Below are positions 12,192-23,107 of a stretch of 37,946 bases of DNA, in pieces. The DNA is from Nemertoderma westbladi (lineage: Eukaryota; Animalia; Xenacoelomorpha), in assembly GCA_032718475.1 (NCBI GenBank), contig JAUCBJ010006516.1:1-37946 (forward strand), in the 5' to 3' direction. Numbering within the stretch: the stretch's first letter is position 1; every line of letters begins with the position of its first letter. A program made the translations under genes and the position numbers. The notes under the pieces were generated by a model, which saw nothing but the letters and a program-made list of their open reading frames with translations, did no database searches and was not told the DNA's origin.

Positions 12192-14038
12192 TGTTGCGAT
12201 ATATGGCGCTGTGTACTAAACAACCCGTTATACAGTATAAAATAAGTTAGATAAGTGCGTATTGATATGCAACCGTAATAATTAGATAGGGTAAATAAAA
12301 GATACACAAGTTCATTTTATATTCAGTCGATTTTATACAGTATGTAGCCCTATTTACGTCATTTTATAATAAAACCCTGATATATTCATTTGCGGTGGCA
12401 AAATTCTTTAAAACAAAATATGAATTTTGCCGTTTTCCAATATCTATCGAATCTAATACATTTGTGCTAATTTTATTTACATTTCCCTATAAATCGATGT
12501 TTGTGCTAAAATAACGCCTAAATTGTGCTTTTAATAATCGCCAAATTAAGTTGAGGCGATTACGTGCATTAATGATCCCAAATTGAGTTCTGCCCACTGG
12601 TTGGTCGAAAATCCAGCTGAGACAACCCTGGATGTCGCCTGATCTGAGCAAATTTGGACTTTGCGTCATTCCTACAGTTTAGCAGTAGCCATCTTTATTC
12701 TTCGTTTTTTGCACTTCCGTTGGTTGTAAATGTTGCTGCTTTCTTCATACATTTGTGACTTTTGAATATGATTACTGCTTAGTCTGACTGTTGATTTTAT
12801 ATTTCTGATTGCAAATATAATTGCCGCAATGTAGTGAACCAAAATCAACGTTTGTTTCCTTCGACTGTCTGATTGGTTTTTACTATGTTTGCGCCGTTAC
12901 GGCTGTACGGTAACTGCCCTCTTTTACATGTTGGGCTAGTGTAGGGGTAGGCGCCGCAGGCTCACTGTTTGGAAGCGACGGGAGAAGTTGGAGGATCCAA
13001 TGCACGGCACTACCGGCGGGGCTGGTGGCTGCGGTTGGCTGAATTAAGTTTAGGACCGAGGGCCGGTCGCCATTAAGGCTGTAAGGGGCAAGGCGACCTA
13101 GATCTTGTCTCTCAGATTTGCTATTAGGCTAGCTAGGTTTAGGTAGAAAGATCACATTGATCTGGGGTGACCTTAGCCGTTTATGCTAATGCTACGTTTA
13201 TGCTAATGCTACGTTTATGCTAATGCTACGTTTATGCTAATGCTACGTTTATGCTAATGCTACGTTTATGCTAATGCTACGTTTATGCTAATGCTAATGC
13301 TAATGCTATTTATGTGTAATGTTTTAGATAGGTGCTATATACCGTACCTTGATTGTTTCTGTTTTCTATTTATGCTTGTTAAATTACTGTTAGCTCCAAT
13401 AATACGGTATTTAGGCTGTCTTTAGTCTTTAGTGTAGCCCAGTAACGTAACTAATTAGCGTTACAAATTCTGGAATACCTAATAATTAGTTCGCAACCCC
13501 GTACATTTGAGTAAATGTAGTTTATGTATGATAGTATTTAGAATAAAATAAGGACTTCGTACGCTGCATAGCGGAGAATAGTTAGTTATTTACACTTTGG
13601 AAATACAGAAATATCTTTGGACAAATTTACACTAGGCAGCTAGGTGGTTATCTAAAAAAATAGCGGGTTTGCAAGTCTACAGTAGTTGCAAGCGTAGCGA
13701 GCAGTAATATAGCTGATTACAGTCAGCGCTAAGGGCACCAGGGTTTAGGTAAATAATTTCCCCCCTTTTGCATTATTAAATATTCTCACATTCAACATTT
13801 GTCCGCCTGACGAACTGCTTTATTTCTCTGTGAAGGGTGAACAATTGGAGTGTTAAGTCACCAACACTCGTATTAAGTAGCTTGGGAAGCCAAATCAGAT
13901 TTATTGTTTTGGTTGTTTCTGTTTCGGCTTGTGTTTAGGGCAATTAGCTTGGTATGTTATAGTTTGATTAACCTCATTGTTTCATTCGAAAATACGAACA
14001 TATCAAAAGGAAGAATCCCCTTTGAGATTTCTTTAACA
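12192..14038 (+). repeat. 5' LTR of outer element (1847 bp)
   Basis: Matches 21452-22450 + 29863-29923 + 30827-31558 with roughly 13 substitutions and 2 indels by manual comparison. Confidence 0.95.
13178..13308 (+). repeat. 17-bp minisatellite CGTTTATGCTAATGCTA x7 + ATGCTA x2 inside the LTR
   Basis: Direct count; only 4 units in the 3' LTR. Confidence 0.95.
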
Positions 14039-14901
14039 GTAAACGGCTTTTATTTTTTTTGTTCACTATTCATAGAGAATACAGTAATTCGTTAGGCTCT
14101 TAGGGTAAATTGTAAAATTAGTAAATTCAATATTAGTAGCTAGGTTTGTGAGAATTCAGTTTCGGCCAAAATTATTTATATAATAAAATTTAGGGTTTTA
14201 GTACCGGTATGTTGGATAACCGCTTAATTATTTTATACCATCTGGAGATACATGGCGAGATGGAACTTCTGATGCTGGGGTTTGTGTGGGTCTACGGGTT
14301 TGGTTCGCAATCAGCAACGAGTCTGAAGCCTAGGACGCGGAATCTCACAGCGAACAGGGTTAGTTGTTCTGTTGGTACCAGTGTGTTTGTGGAAGCAGTA
14401 AAAAATTTCCGGTTGTTTGACTGCGAAACTGAACTCATTTTATTAGTTAGGTTAGTTAGGTTTAGCCGGCCATGGTGTTGGAGAGAGAGAGAGTGTCGCA
14501 ACCTGAAGGTGTAGCCACGCGCTAGTGGATACATATAATATTTAAAAATAAAATTACGTTGATTTTGAGCTATATATAAAATTAGAAATATTTTGGGTGA
14601 CAAATTTAATTTTTGAATTTTTGAATTAGATTCAAATTATTTTCGTGTCATACCGGTATTTAAATGCTGTATAATAGCTATAGAGCTACATTTTGTTTAA
14701 ATATTATAGTGGTATTTACCATAATTATATACAATTAAATTCATAATATTTTTTATTGTGAATTAACAAATTTGATATTTTGAGACAAAATAAATTATTT
14801 TGACAAATAATTTAATCGAAATTTCGATTAAATTAATATATATCTCGAAATTTTGCGAGATTTTAGCCGAAAGGCAAATAACTATATATATACTTTAAAC
14901 A

Positions 14902-17900
14902 ATGAGTGTCTCAGAGAAGGAGGCACTAGAGGACAGCTATGAGACAGCGGCTGGACCGCCGACTGATGATAGTGTCAATATAACTGTTGACGACAATGCC
15001 GATTATGACGACGCAGCGAGTGACGTTGACGTAAGTGAACAGGAGGATGAGATAGTAACCAGTGAAGAAGACCAAGGTGAGGTAATATTATTAGGGTCCC
15101 CTACCACTACTGTAAGGAAGGATTGTACAGCAGCCCGGCCAGAGGTGAGTCATAGGGAAGGAAGTATAGCAGAAGCGAGAGCCCGGAGCCCGGTTTCCAG
15201 ACCTGTGGGTATGGTAAGTGCCGTGGCCCCAGCGGCTGTAAGGAGTACCCGTAGTTCCCGAAATAATCCCTCAAGTCCACCGAGTGTAAGTCAGGTAAGC
15301 GAGAGAGAGGTAGACATCGCGATAAAGAAGAAACTTCGCGCGCATGCCGGACATATAACCCGGACGACGGACAAAGTAAGGAAGATGCTAGCCGACTCTG
15401 GTAACATCGGAAGGGAAGGGTTAGTAGAACTTAGAAGGGGATATAACTCAGCGTTATTTAGGCAAACGGAGGAGCTTGCAGTCCTAGCGAAGAGAGCAGT
15501 GGAGTCCCAGTCGAGCGACGTGGCGACGAGGGTTTACGACAGGGCTTTGGCGGCCTTGTTAGAGCATCGCGCGTTATCGGAGCGATTCCTACGAGTTAGG
15601 ACAGAGAACTGGTTGCTATGGGCATCACAAGCGCAGGCGACTCAGGTAAGTGACGCAGAGTCGAGGAACTTAGTGGAGCAGGAAGAGATCCAAGACAAGG
15701 AAGAGAGAAGGTATCAGAGGGAAGTTACCAGCTGGCTAATGCAGAGTGGAGTGGTGGTACCGGGCCAGGTGCTACCGACGACGGAGAACATCCAACAGAG
15801 GACGTTAACTCCACCCGACAACGCATCTAGAGACAGCGGCGATTCTCAGGTTAGTCACGCGCGAGGGAAGGTTATATGCGCTAGATCCCTTGTTTCTCAC
15901 AACTCGGCGGAGGAGAGAAGAAGCCGACTAGACGAACAACAGGCAGAGGTCTTGCGTGCATCGGAAGCACGGAAGGAAGCCGAGCGAGATCGGGAGCGCA
16001 CCCGGAAGTTAGACGCGAAGCTGCGAGAGTTGGAAGACATAAGTAAGCGTGAGCAAGCTGAACGCGAACAGGAAGAACGCGAACTCCAACTCGAGCGCGA
16101 ACGCGAAGAGAAGGAACTCCAACTCGAGCGCGAACGTGAACGGAAGGAACGCGAACGGAAGGAGCGCGAACTCCAGCTCGAATGGGAACGGGAAGCCAAG
16201 GAACGCAAACAAAGGAGACGCGAACTTCAACTCGAACGCAAGCGCAAGGAGCGCGAACTCGAGCGCGAGAGGGAACGACGCGCATTGTACGAAGAGAAAG
16301 CGCGACTGGAAGAAGAGAGCGCAGCGAGACTCGCAAGGGAAGAAGAACAACGCAAACTGGCGCAATTGGAAAGTGCGAGACTAAACTTAGAAAGCGAAGA
16401 ACGAACAAGGAAGGCGAATGAAATTGCCGAAAGGGGGATGCAAATGATTGAAGAATGTGGGGCGAGTGTAGGTACCGAGTTGCGAGACCTGTTCTCACAG
16501 CAGAAGGCCGAACAGGAGGCGAGAACTCCGGTTATACGTGAGTCAACGGCGACCAGAATTCCTATACCCGGTCCAACTATTACAAGTACTCGGATCGCTA
16601 AACCATTTTCTACATATCGCACGCCAGTTGGTATTAGTGCTTCACCCATCGTGCAGGATCCATGCCATCAGGACAGCGCGCCACGACGCAACTATTATCG
16701 GGATGAAGGGGAGTTTATAGAAGAAACTCAGAGAGGCCGAGTATTGGGCGAACCGAACCCGCGGGTTTGGAACATGCGGATGGATCGCCGACCCAGTTTG
16801 ACGGAGAACTTCCGGGTTAAACTGGAAGAGGGATCATATGAGAGACAGCGGATTACCCAAATAGAGCCGACAGTTCAGCGGAACCCTAGCCAGGAGTTTA
16901 TTACGAGGGAGGAGTTAAGTGCCAGTTTAGCGCAAGCTATATCGCCGCACATCCAACCTATAACGGACATGCTTAGTAACTTACAGTTAAGGGAAGCAGC
17001 CCAGGTAAGAAGTAATTCTAATCCTAGCAGGCAAGAACTAGATAGAGTCCAACCTGGCGCACGAGTACGTATATCGGAGGCAACAATACCACCAAGACCT
17101 CAGGTAAGAACGCCCGTCCCTATGATCCACAATCCCGATTTTGAACATTCGGCGGAAAGATTTATACAAGAAGCTTGGGTCAGGGCCTCGGCGCATAAGC
17201 CGACGCGAGCACCGAGAACCGACACAAACTCGAGCGATGAAGAGCAAGAATTGAGACGTCAGAAGTCCCAAAACCGGAAGGAAAGAAGGACCGACGCGGA
17301 GCAGGTAAGGATGAATCCCCGGGAAGGGCCCAGACTCGACAACCCTGCAGAGTTGACCAACATATTAATCCGGAATGACGCCACCCTTCGGGATATTGGT
17401 AAGTTTGCTGCTAGGCAGGGATTGCCGGCGCAACAACTTCAGAGGTTTATGGGCAACCATAAACACTGGAGGACATTTAAGACTTATGTCAATGAGCAGT
17501 TAACTAACAGTACCTTTACCCCCAATGAAAAATTCAATTACTTATTGCAAATGCTCCATCGAGAGCCAAGGACCATTGCCGACAATTTCGTCGGGAATGA
17601 ACATGCATTTGAACTAACAATGAAGACCCTTAGCGACGTCTATGGGAATAAAACCAAAATGGCACAATCAATAGTAGAGGATTTGGGCAAGGGTGGAAAA
17701 ATTACAACACCGTTGGAACTGTTAAACTTGGCCAACGCCATTACAAATGCCCTAGATATTTTAAAAACAGTGAATCTACCACACTATGGTGATCACGCGG
17801 AGGTTTTAAAGAGTATAATAAGACGCCTGAACTTTCGTTATCGGCAAAAATGGCGGAAATTAGAGAACAAATTGGAGGGTCAAGATAAAGTGTTAACACT

Positions 17901-19005
17901 CAGACATATTCACGATATGATAGCAACCGACGCTATCGCAGAGATGAAGTCAAACTTCTCAGAGGAGAATATGAGAGAAACAAAACCTGCTTTGGGAAGG
18001 TCTATGGTAAGTGTCAATGAAGACAGACAGTCTGTGACATTTAACACAGTAGACAAATATAACCAGAGTAACCATTCCCCCGCCTTGAGATCAGACTCGC
18101 GAGTCTGGTCAGGTGAGAGGTCAGACAGACCTAGTATAAAGCAACAGGATTTGCCAGTTGGATTTGTGGGATGCCAGTTCTGCTTCTTAAAGAAAGTAAG
18201 GTCAGACGACCACAAGTTGGAAAATTGTAGGCGCTTCAAAGAACTGAGCTCAGAACAGAGACGGATTCAAGTGCGGACGTTAGATACCTGTTGGGCATGT
18301 CTTGCTCCAGGTCATGTAAGACGCCAGTGCCCGAACAGTGGAAACGGATGTGTAGAGTGTGGCAGATTACATCGTAAACTGCTACACGCCGATTTCCATA
18401 CTCCTACAAATCGTTATCTACAGGAAAACTCGGATAAAGTGAGAGGTAAGATAATAGCTACATCTCTATACTCACGCGAGTCCATAGGCCCTCCAGACAT
18501 AGATGTCTCAAGAAGAGATTGTAAAGACCATGATGAAAACGCTAGTGACTCAGAGGAGGAGTTATGTTCTGATAACGACCAGTTAGAACACAGTTATTAC
18601 ACTGAAACAGATAGTGATTATACCCCTGAGGATGATATCGAAGAGCGCCATTTTGGTGCTAAAAGTGGGTTTAACAGACACAGAATGTTCCTAAGTGACG
18701 TCATTACATATACCTACATAACAGAGGGTCAGAACTTAGATACGTCTCAAGTAGGTGTTGTGGTGCGGCCTAGAGACTCATTGGAGCGGCCTAGAGACTC
18801 AGTGGATCGGCCTAGAGACTCATTGGAGCGGCCTAGAGACTCATTGGAGCGGCCTAGAGACTCAGTGGAGCGGCCTAGAGACTCATTGGAGCGGCCTAGA
18901 GACTCATTGGAGCGGCCTAGAGACTCATTGGAGCGGCCTAGAGACTCATTGGAGCGGCCTAGGACTCAGTGGAGCGGCCTAGAGACTCATTGGAACGGCC
19001 TATAG
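14902..19005 (+). CDS. gag: BEL/Pao Gag (1367 aa): E/R coiled coil, DUF1759-like capsid region, three Cys/His knuckles
   Basis: QRFMGNHKHWRTFK...EKFNYLLQML; CQFC...HKLENC, CWACLAPGHVRRQC, CVECGRLHRKLLH. Confidence 0.9.
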   Translation: MSVSEKEALEDSYETAAGPPTDDSVNITVDDNADYDDAASDVDVSEQEDEIVTSEEDQGEVILLGSPTTTVRKDCTAARPEVSHREGSIAEARARSPVSRPVGMVSAVAPAAVRSTRSSRNNPSSPPSVSQVSEREVDIAIKKKLRAHAGHITRTTDKVRKMLADSGNIGREGLVELRRGYNSALFRQTEELAVLAKRAVESQSSDVATRVYDRALAALLEHRALSERFLRVRTENWLLWASQAQATQVSDAESRNLVEQEEIQDKEERRYQREVTSWLMQSGVVVPGQVLPTTENIQQRTLTPPDNASRDSGDSQVSHARGKVICARSLVSHNSAEERRSRLDEQQAEVLRASEARKEAERDRERTRKLDAKLRELEDISKREQAEREQEERELQLEREREEKELQLERERERKERERKERELQLEWEREAKERKQRRRELQLERKRKERELERERERRALYEEKARLEEESAARLAREEEQRKLAQLESARLNLESEERTRKANEIAERGMQMIEECGASVGTELRDLFSQQKAEQEARTPVIRESTATRIPIPGPTITSTRIAKPFSTYRTPVGISASPIVQDPCHQDSAPRRNYYRDEGEFIEETQRGRVLGEPNPRVWNMRMDRRPSLTENFRVKLEEGSYERQRITQIEPTVQRNPSQEFITREELSASLAQAISPHIQPITDMLSNLQLREAAQVRSNSNPSRQELDRVQPGARVRISEATIPPRPQVRTPVPMIHNPDFEHSAERFIQEAWVRASAHKPTRAPRTDTNSSDEEQELRRQKSQNRKERRTDAEQVRMNPREGPRLDNPAELTNILIRNDATLRDIGKFAARQGLPAQQLQRFMGNHKHWRTFKTYVNEQLTNSTFTPNEKFNYLLQMLHREPRTIADNFVGNEHAFELTMKTLSDVYGNKTKMAQSIVEDLGKGGKITTPLELLNLANAITNALDILKTVNLPHYGDHAEVLKSIIRRLNFRYRQKWRKLENKLEGQDKVLTLRHIHDMIATDAIAEMKSNFSEENMRETKPALGRSMVSVNEDRQSVTFNTVDKYNQSNHSPALRSDSRVWSGERSDRPSIKQQDLPVGFVGCQFCFLKKVRSDDHKLENCRRFKELSSEQRRIQVRTLDTCWACLAPGHVRRQCPNSGNGCVECGRLHRKLLHADFHTPTNRYLQENSDKVRGKIIATSLYSRESIGPPDIDVSRRDCKDHDENASDSEEELCSDNDQLEHSYYTETDSDYTPEDDIEERHFGAKSGFNRHRMFLSDVITYTYITEGQNLDTSQVGVVVRPRDSLERPRDSVDRPRDSLERPRDSLERPRDSVERPRDSLERPRDSLERPRDSLERPRDSLERPRTQWSGLETHWNGL

Positions 19006-19016
19006 ACTTCTTGGAT
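18766..19016 (+). repeat. 21-bp coding tandem repeat (RPRDSLE), about 12 units
   Basis: CGGCCTAGAGACTCATTGGAG units; the unit at 18955 lacks one A; last unit degenerate. Confidence 0.95.
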
Positions 19017-22000
19017 CAAGAGACATACGTGACCACAAGATCTGGAAGGGTTAGCTATGACATAAAAAGCCACCCCTACAGATTGCGCAAGGAGCTCCAG
19101 GGTCCCAGTTAGTAAGTAACCGACAAGAAACGACCACACCAGTGAAGCCTTCGGTTTACAAATCTGCGGATTTGGATTCGAAGATTCCGTCAGTGGGATT
19201 GCAATTGTCACCAACACGCATTGAGACAGGAGACTATAACTTGTCTTCTGCCTCAATACAAAATTAATGCCAGAAACGCAGATTCACTTCATATGCATTC
19301 CTCATATGCAAATACTTGGAAATGCATAGGAGCGGGTTTGTGGAGAATTGCGTTTGAAAATATGTTGGTGGGCATCGAATAAGATTTTTTTTGCATTTGA
19401 AAATTTGAAAGTTAAAAAATTATAATTACAGTTGAACCCAAGACAAATTCAAATGTAGAATAAACATGTGAACATGTTTATAGGAGTATAGTAATTTTGA
19501 AAGTCGTGACAAGTTGGAAGATATAGTATCTAAACACCATGGTTACGGCTATTATATTTAGGAGTGTAAATTGAGTTCAGTAGATTCCACAGATTGGTGC
19601 CAACAGTACAACAACCAAAGGTGCTAAAGGTTAGTAGCACCAGCGACGTACACAGACCCCACTCAGTAGTTTGTAGTGGAGAGAGGTGTTCGATAATCAA
19701 ACCCGTGGGTTTGGTATAGTCGAGCGCCCCAAATAATGTCTGTTCTAACTACTGTATTCTAGTACAAGTATTTGGGGAGTAATTTGGGCATCAAAAAAGT
19801 GAGTCGGTCACAGCCAGTTTATCTCCAAAGTTTTTGCGCTAATAGATATAGACGTTAGCTTAGGAATGAGACGGGATCTAGAGAGCCGAACCTGAACTGC
19901 TGGAAGGCGGGCCAGGTAGCTTGGGATGTCGAGCCAAGACTGGTATGGGCTTTATAGCTCATTTATTGTCTAATTGGGTCTAATTGTCTAATTTTAAGTT
20001 GAAGACGCAGAAGAAGTATGAGGAGGCGTACGGTGAATATAACACGCCGCCGGGAGCTGAGTTCAAATCCCATTTCAAGTGACAAGCATTGGTATATTGG
20101 AACATTTGCGCACCACCTCGTGTTTCGTTGCAGTATTATCTATTGTTGGAATCAAACACGGTAACTTGCTTGATAACAGACATAGTCGCGAGAATTTTGA
20201 AGCGCCATCTGTTGGTGTTTGGAGGAGCCCAGAAGGACGAAAGCGATCCGATGAGTAACCCGATGATAACCGTCGATTTTAGCAGAAAGAAACCCCCAAC
20301 GTCTGTTACACCGACGACTACGATTCCGGATCCTTATATAGTGAGATTGGAACTCATACTACTCCTGCCTTAGTGGAGATGTCCGCCGCCATTTCGCCTG
20401 ATCGAGCGCATAAAGATTTGGAGGCGTGGCACGAAGCGGGTTTGGAACTCTCGAGTCTTTTGTCAACATTCGACCCGCAACATCCGGAGATAGATGAGGC
20501 AAGATGAGGTAAAGATACGACGCGAAAAGACAACGCAAGCTGTTCCGACATCCAGTAGACTCGCGCCATCCATCCGTCTACTAACCATACCCACGATCCG
20601 CGATTTATACGATATTTTACTCCAAATTATTTCGGGAAGTTTCGACGAACGCATTATTAAGCCCGAATATGTCCAATCCTTTATATATCATCGTCGCTCT
20701 GATATATACGTCTAGATTTATTGCCCCCCATCACAAGTGGATTTTAATATATGTTATACTTATTTTTCATTTGATTTAGTTTAGACAGAATTTTTTTTTA
20801 TATAAAAAAGAAGGCCGAAAAATATTGAAAGGAAATACTTTTACTTTATAGTCCGTTGGAAATAGTAAATACTTTATACTATATTTGATTTGTGTATATG
20901 ACTTTATTTGCTCTAAAGTTTATTGAAAGAGGCAAAGGAAGTGATTGGGGAGACAAACCCGCGGGTTTGGCTTACTCCTTTCACTTACCTGAGCAATCAT
21001 CAAACCAAGATGATTTGCGTTTTTATAAGAAATTAAAGTAAAGTCCGAAAATGAAAGAAATTATTACGTATTTTATATTTAATTTGATTATCGGCCTTTA
21101 ATGCAATTTAGTTAAAAATTTAGCCTCAAATACGTTTTATATTTTAGTTCTTTTGTTATTATTGTTCTCTATAATTTGAGATGGGAAATGGGGGACATTG
21201 TCCTAGCCATGTTCCATTTCAATAAGTAAATTGTTAATTTGTAAATAATTCGAAGGAAGTATATTTTGTAATCTAATTTGTATTTGTATGTAATAATTTA
21301 TGCAGTAAAGGTAGCAATATTTTGTATGTATTAGAATTATAATAGAACCAAGTTTATTGATTTATTTGAAAGTAAATTTTATTTGTTATTCCACACCGCC
21401 ATATTTCTTCTACAATTGGAGAGAAACATTTACATGTTTCCCTTGGAGCGGTGTTGCGATATATGGCGCTGTGTACTAAACAACCCGTTATACAGTATAA
21501 AATAAGTTAGATAAGTGCGTATTGATGTGCAACCGTAATAATTAGATAGGGTAAATAGAAAATATACAAGTTCATTTTATATTCAGTCGATTTTATACAG
21601 TATGTAGCCCTATTTACGTCATTTTATAATAAAACCCTGATATATTCATTTGCGGTGGCAAAATTCTTTAAAACAAAATATGAATTTTGCCGTTTTCCAA
21701 TATCTATCGAATCTAATACATTTGTGCTAATTTTATTTACATTTCCCTATAAATCGATGTTTGTGCTAAAATAATGCCTAAATTGTGCTTTTAATAATCG
21801 CCAAATTAAGTTGAGGCGATTACGTGCATTAATGATCCCAAATTGAGTTCTGCCCACTGGTTGGTCGAAAATCCAGCTGAGACAACCCTGGATGTCGCCT
21901 GATGTGAGCAAATTTGGACTTTGCGTCATTCCTACAGTTTAGCAGTAGCCATCTTTATTCTTCGTTTTTTGCACTTCCGTTGGTTGTAAATGTTGCTGCT

Positions 22001-22450
22001 TTCTTCATACATTTGTGACTTTTGAATATGATTACTGCTTAGTCTGACTGTTGATTTTATATTTCTGATTGCAAATATAATTGCCGCAATGTAGTGAACC
22101 AAAATCAACGTTTGTTTCCTTCGACTGTCTGATTGGTTTTTACTATGTTTGCGCCGTTAGGGCTGTACGGTAACTGCCCTCTTTAACATGTTGGGCTAGT
22201 GTAGGGGTAGGCGCCGCGGGCTCACTGTTTGGAAGCGACGGGAGAAGTTGGAGGATCCAATGCACGGCACTACCGGCGGGGCTGGTGGCTGCGGTTGGCT
22301 GAATTAAGTTTAGGACCGAGGGCCGGTCGCCATTAAGGATGTAAGGGGCAAGGCGACCTAGATCTTGTCTCTCAGATTTGCTATTAGGCTAGCTAGGTTT
22401 AGGTAGAAAGATCACATTGATCTGGGGTGACCTTAGCCGTTTATGCTAAT

Positions 22451-22978
22451 TGTTAGCTTATCCAATTCCGCTAACACAAACCCATAGAGTGAGCCATAAA
22501 GCAATATTGGGAGCCTATTGTCAGCCCAGTAAACGGGGACAATAGGCCCCAAAGGAGACACACACAATAAGGGTCAGGGGTTACCCCCCTGACAAGAGAG
22601 AGAACAGCAAGGGCGAAGGGAAGCACTTCAGAGGGGGGCAAAGGGTGCCAACAGGGGTATCAACCAATCAGAGGGGGGAAAGGCATCGATTGAGTAGCAA
22701 TAAGGCCACCGTGCAATATAACCAGTTACCAGTAATCATACCGGTCAGTTATTCAGTTTACTCAGTCAGATCAGTAGGGTGGAACGGGGACTTCTGTCAC
22801 CGTCCGCTACCGCCATTATATATTACCTATTGTGTCATACTATATTATATCAACTGTCAGACTATTATACCTTTATACATATTACCCAACATCAGAACTC
22901 TTTTACCTTTCACACACGGCGGGGACGCGTGGATAGAAAACCCAAACGGATAAACCGGGATCCGTAGATCCCGTCACA
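22451..22978 (+). repeat. 5' LTR of inner element (528 bp)
   Basis: Matches 29330-29857; one G/A difference found by eye (22615 vs 29494). Confidence 0.96.
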
Positions 22979-23107
22979 GTGACAGAACTAGATCCGCCCA
23001 GCTGCCCTGACAGAGATAGAATCCTAGCAGCTGCCCTAACAGTCTGACAGTGATAGAACTAGATCTAACCAACTGACAGACTGTGGCTGCCAGCTACCAA
23101 AGGCGAG

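Noticed and set aside
13807-13850. Hammerhead ribozyme (CTGACGA) in the LTR, as in retrozymes
   Set aside because: No stem II followed by GAAA could be built.
15881-16649. Multiple overlapping/antisense ORFs (also 23065-26576 and 34420-35281)
   Set aside because: Shadow frames of low-complexity or repetitive coding sequence.
20089-20715. Extra gene (env-like) in the outer element
   Set aside because: Only short ORFs without recognisable motifs; a decayed ORF cannot be excluded.
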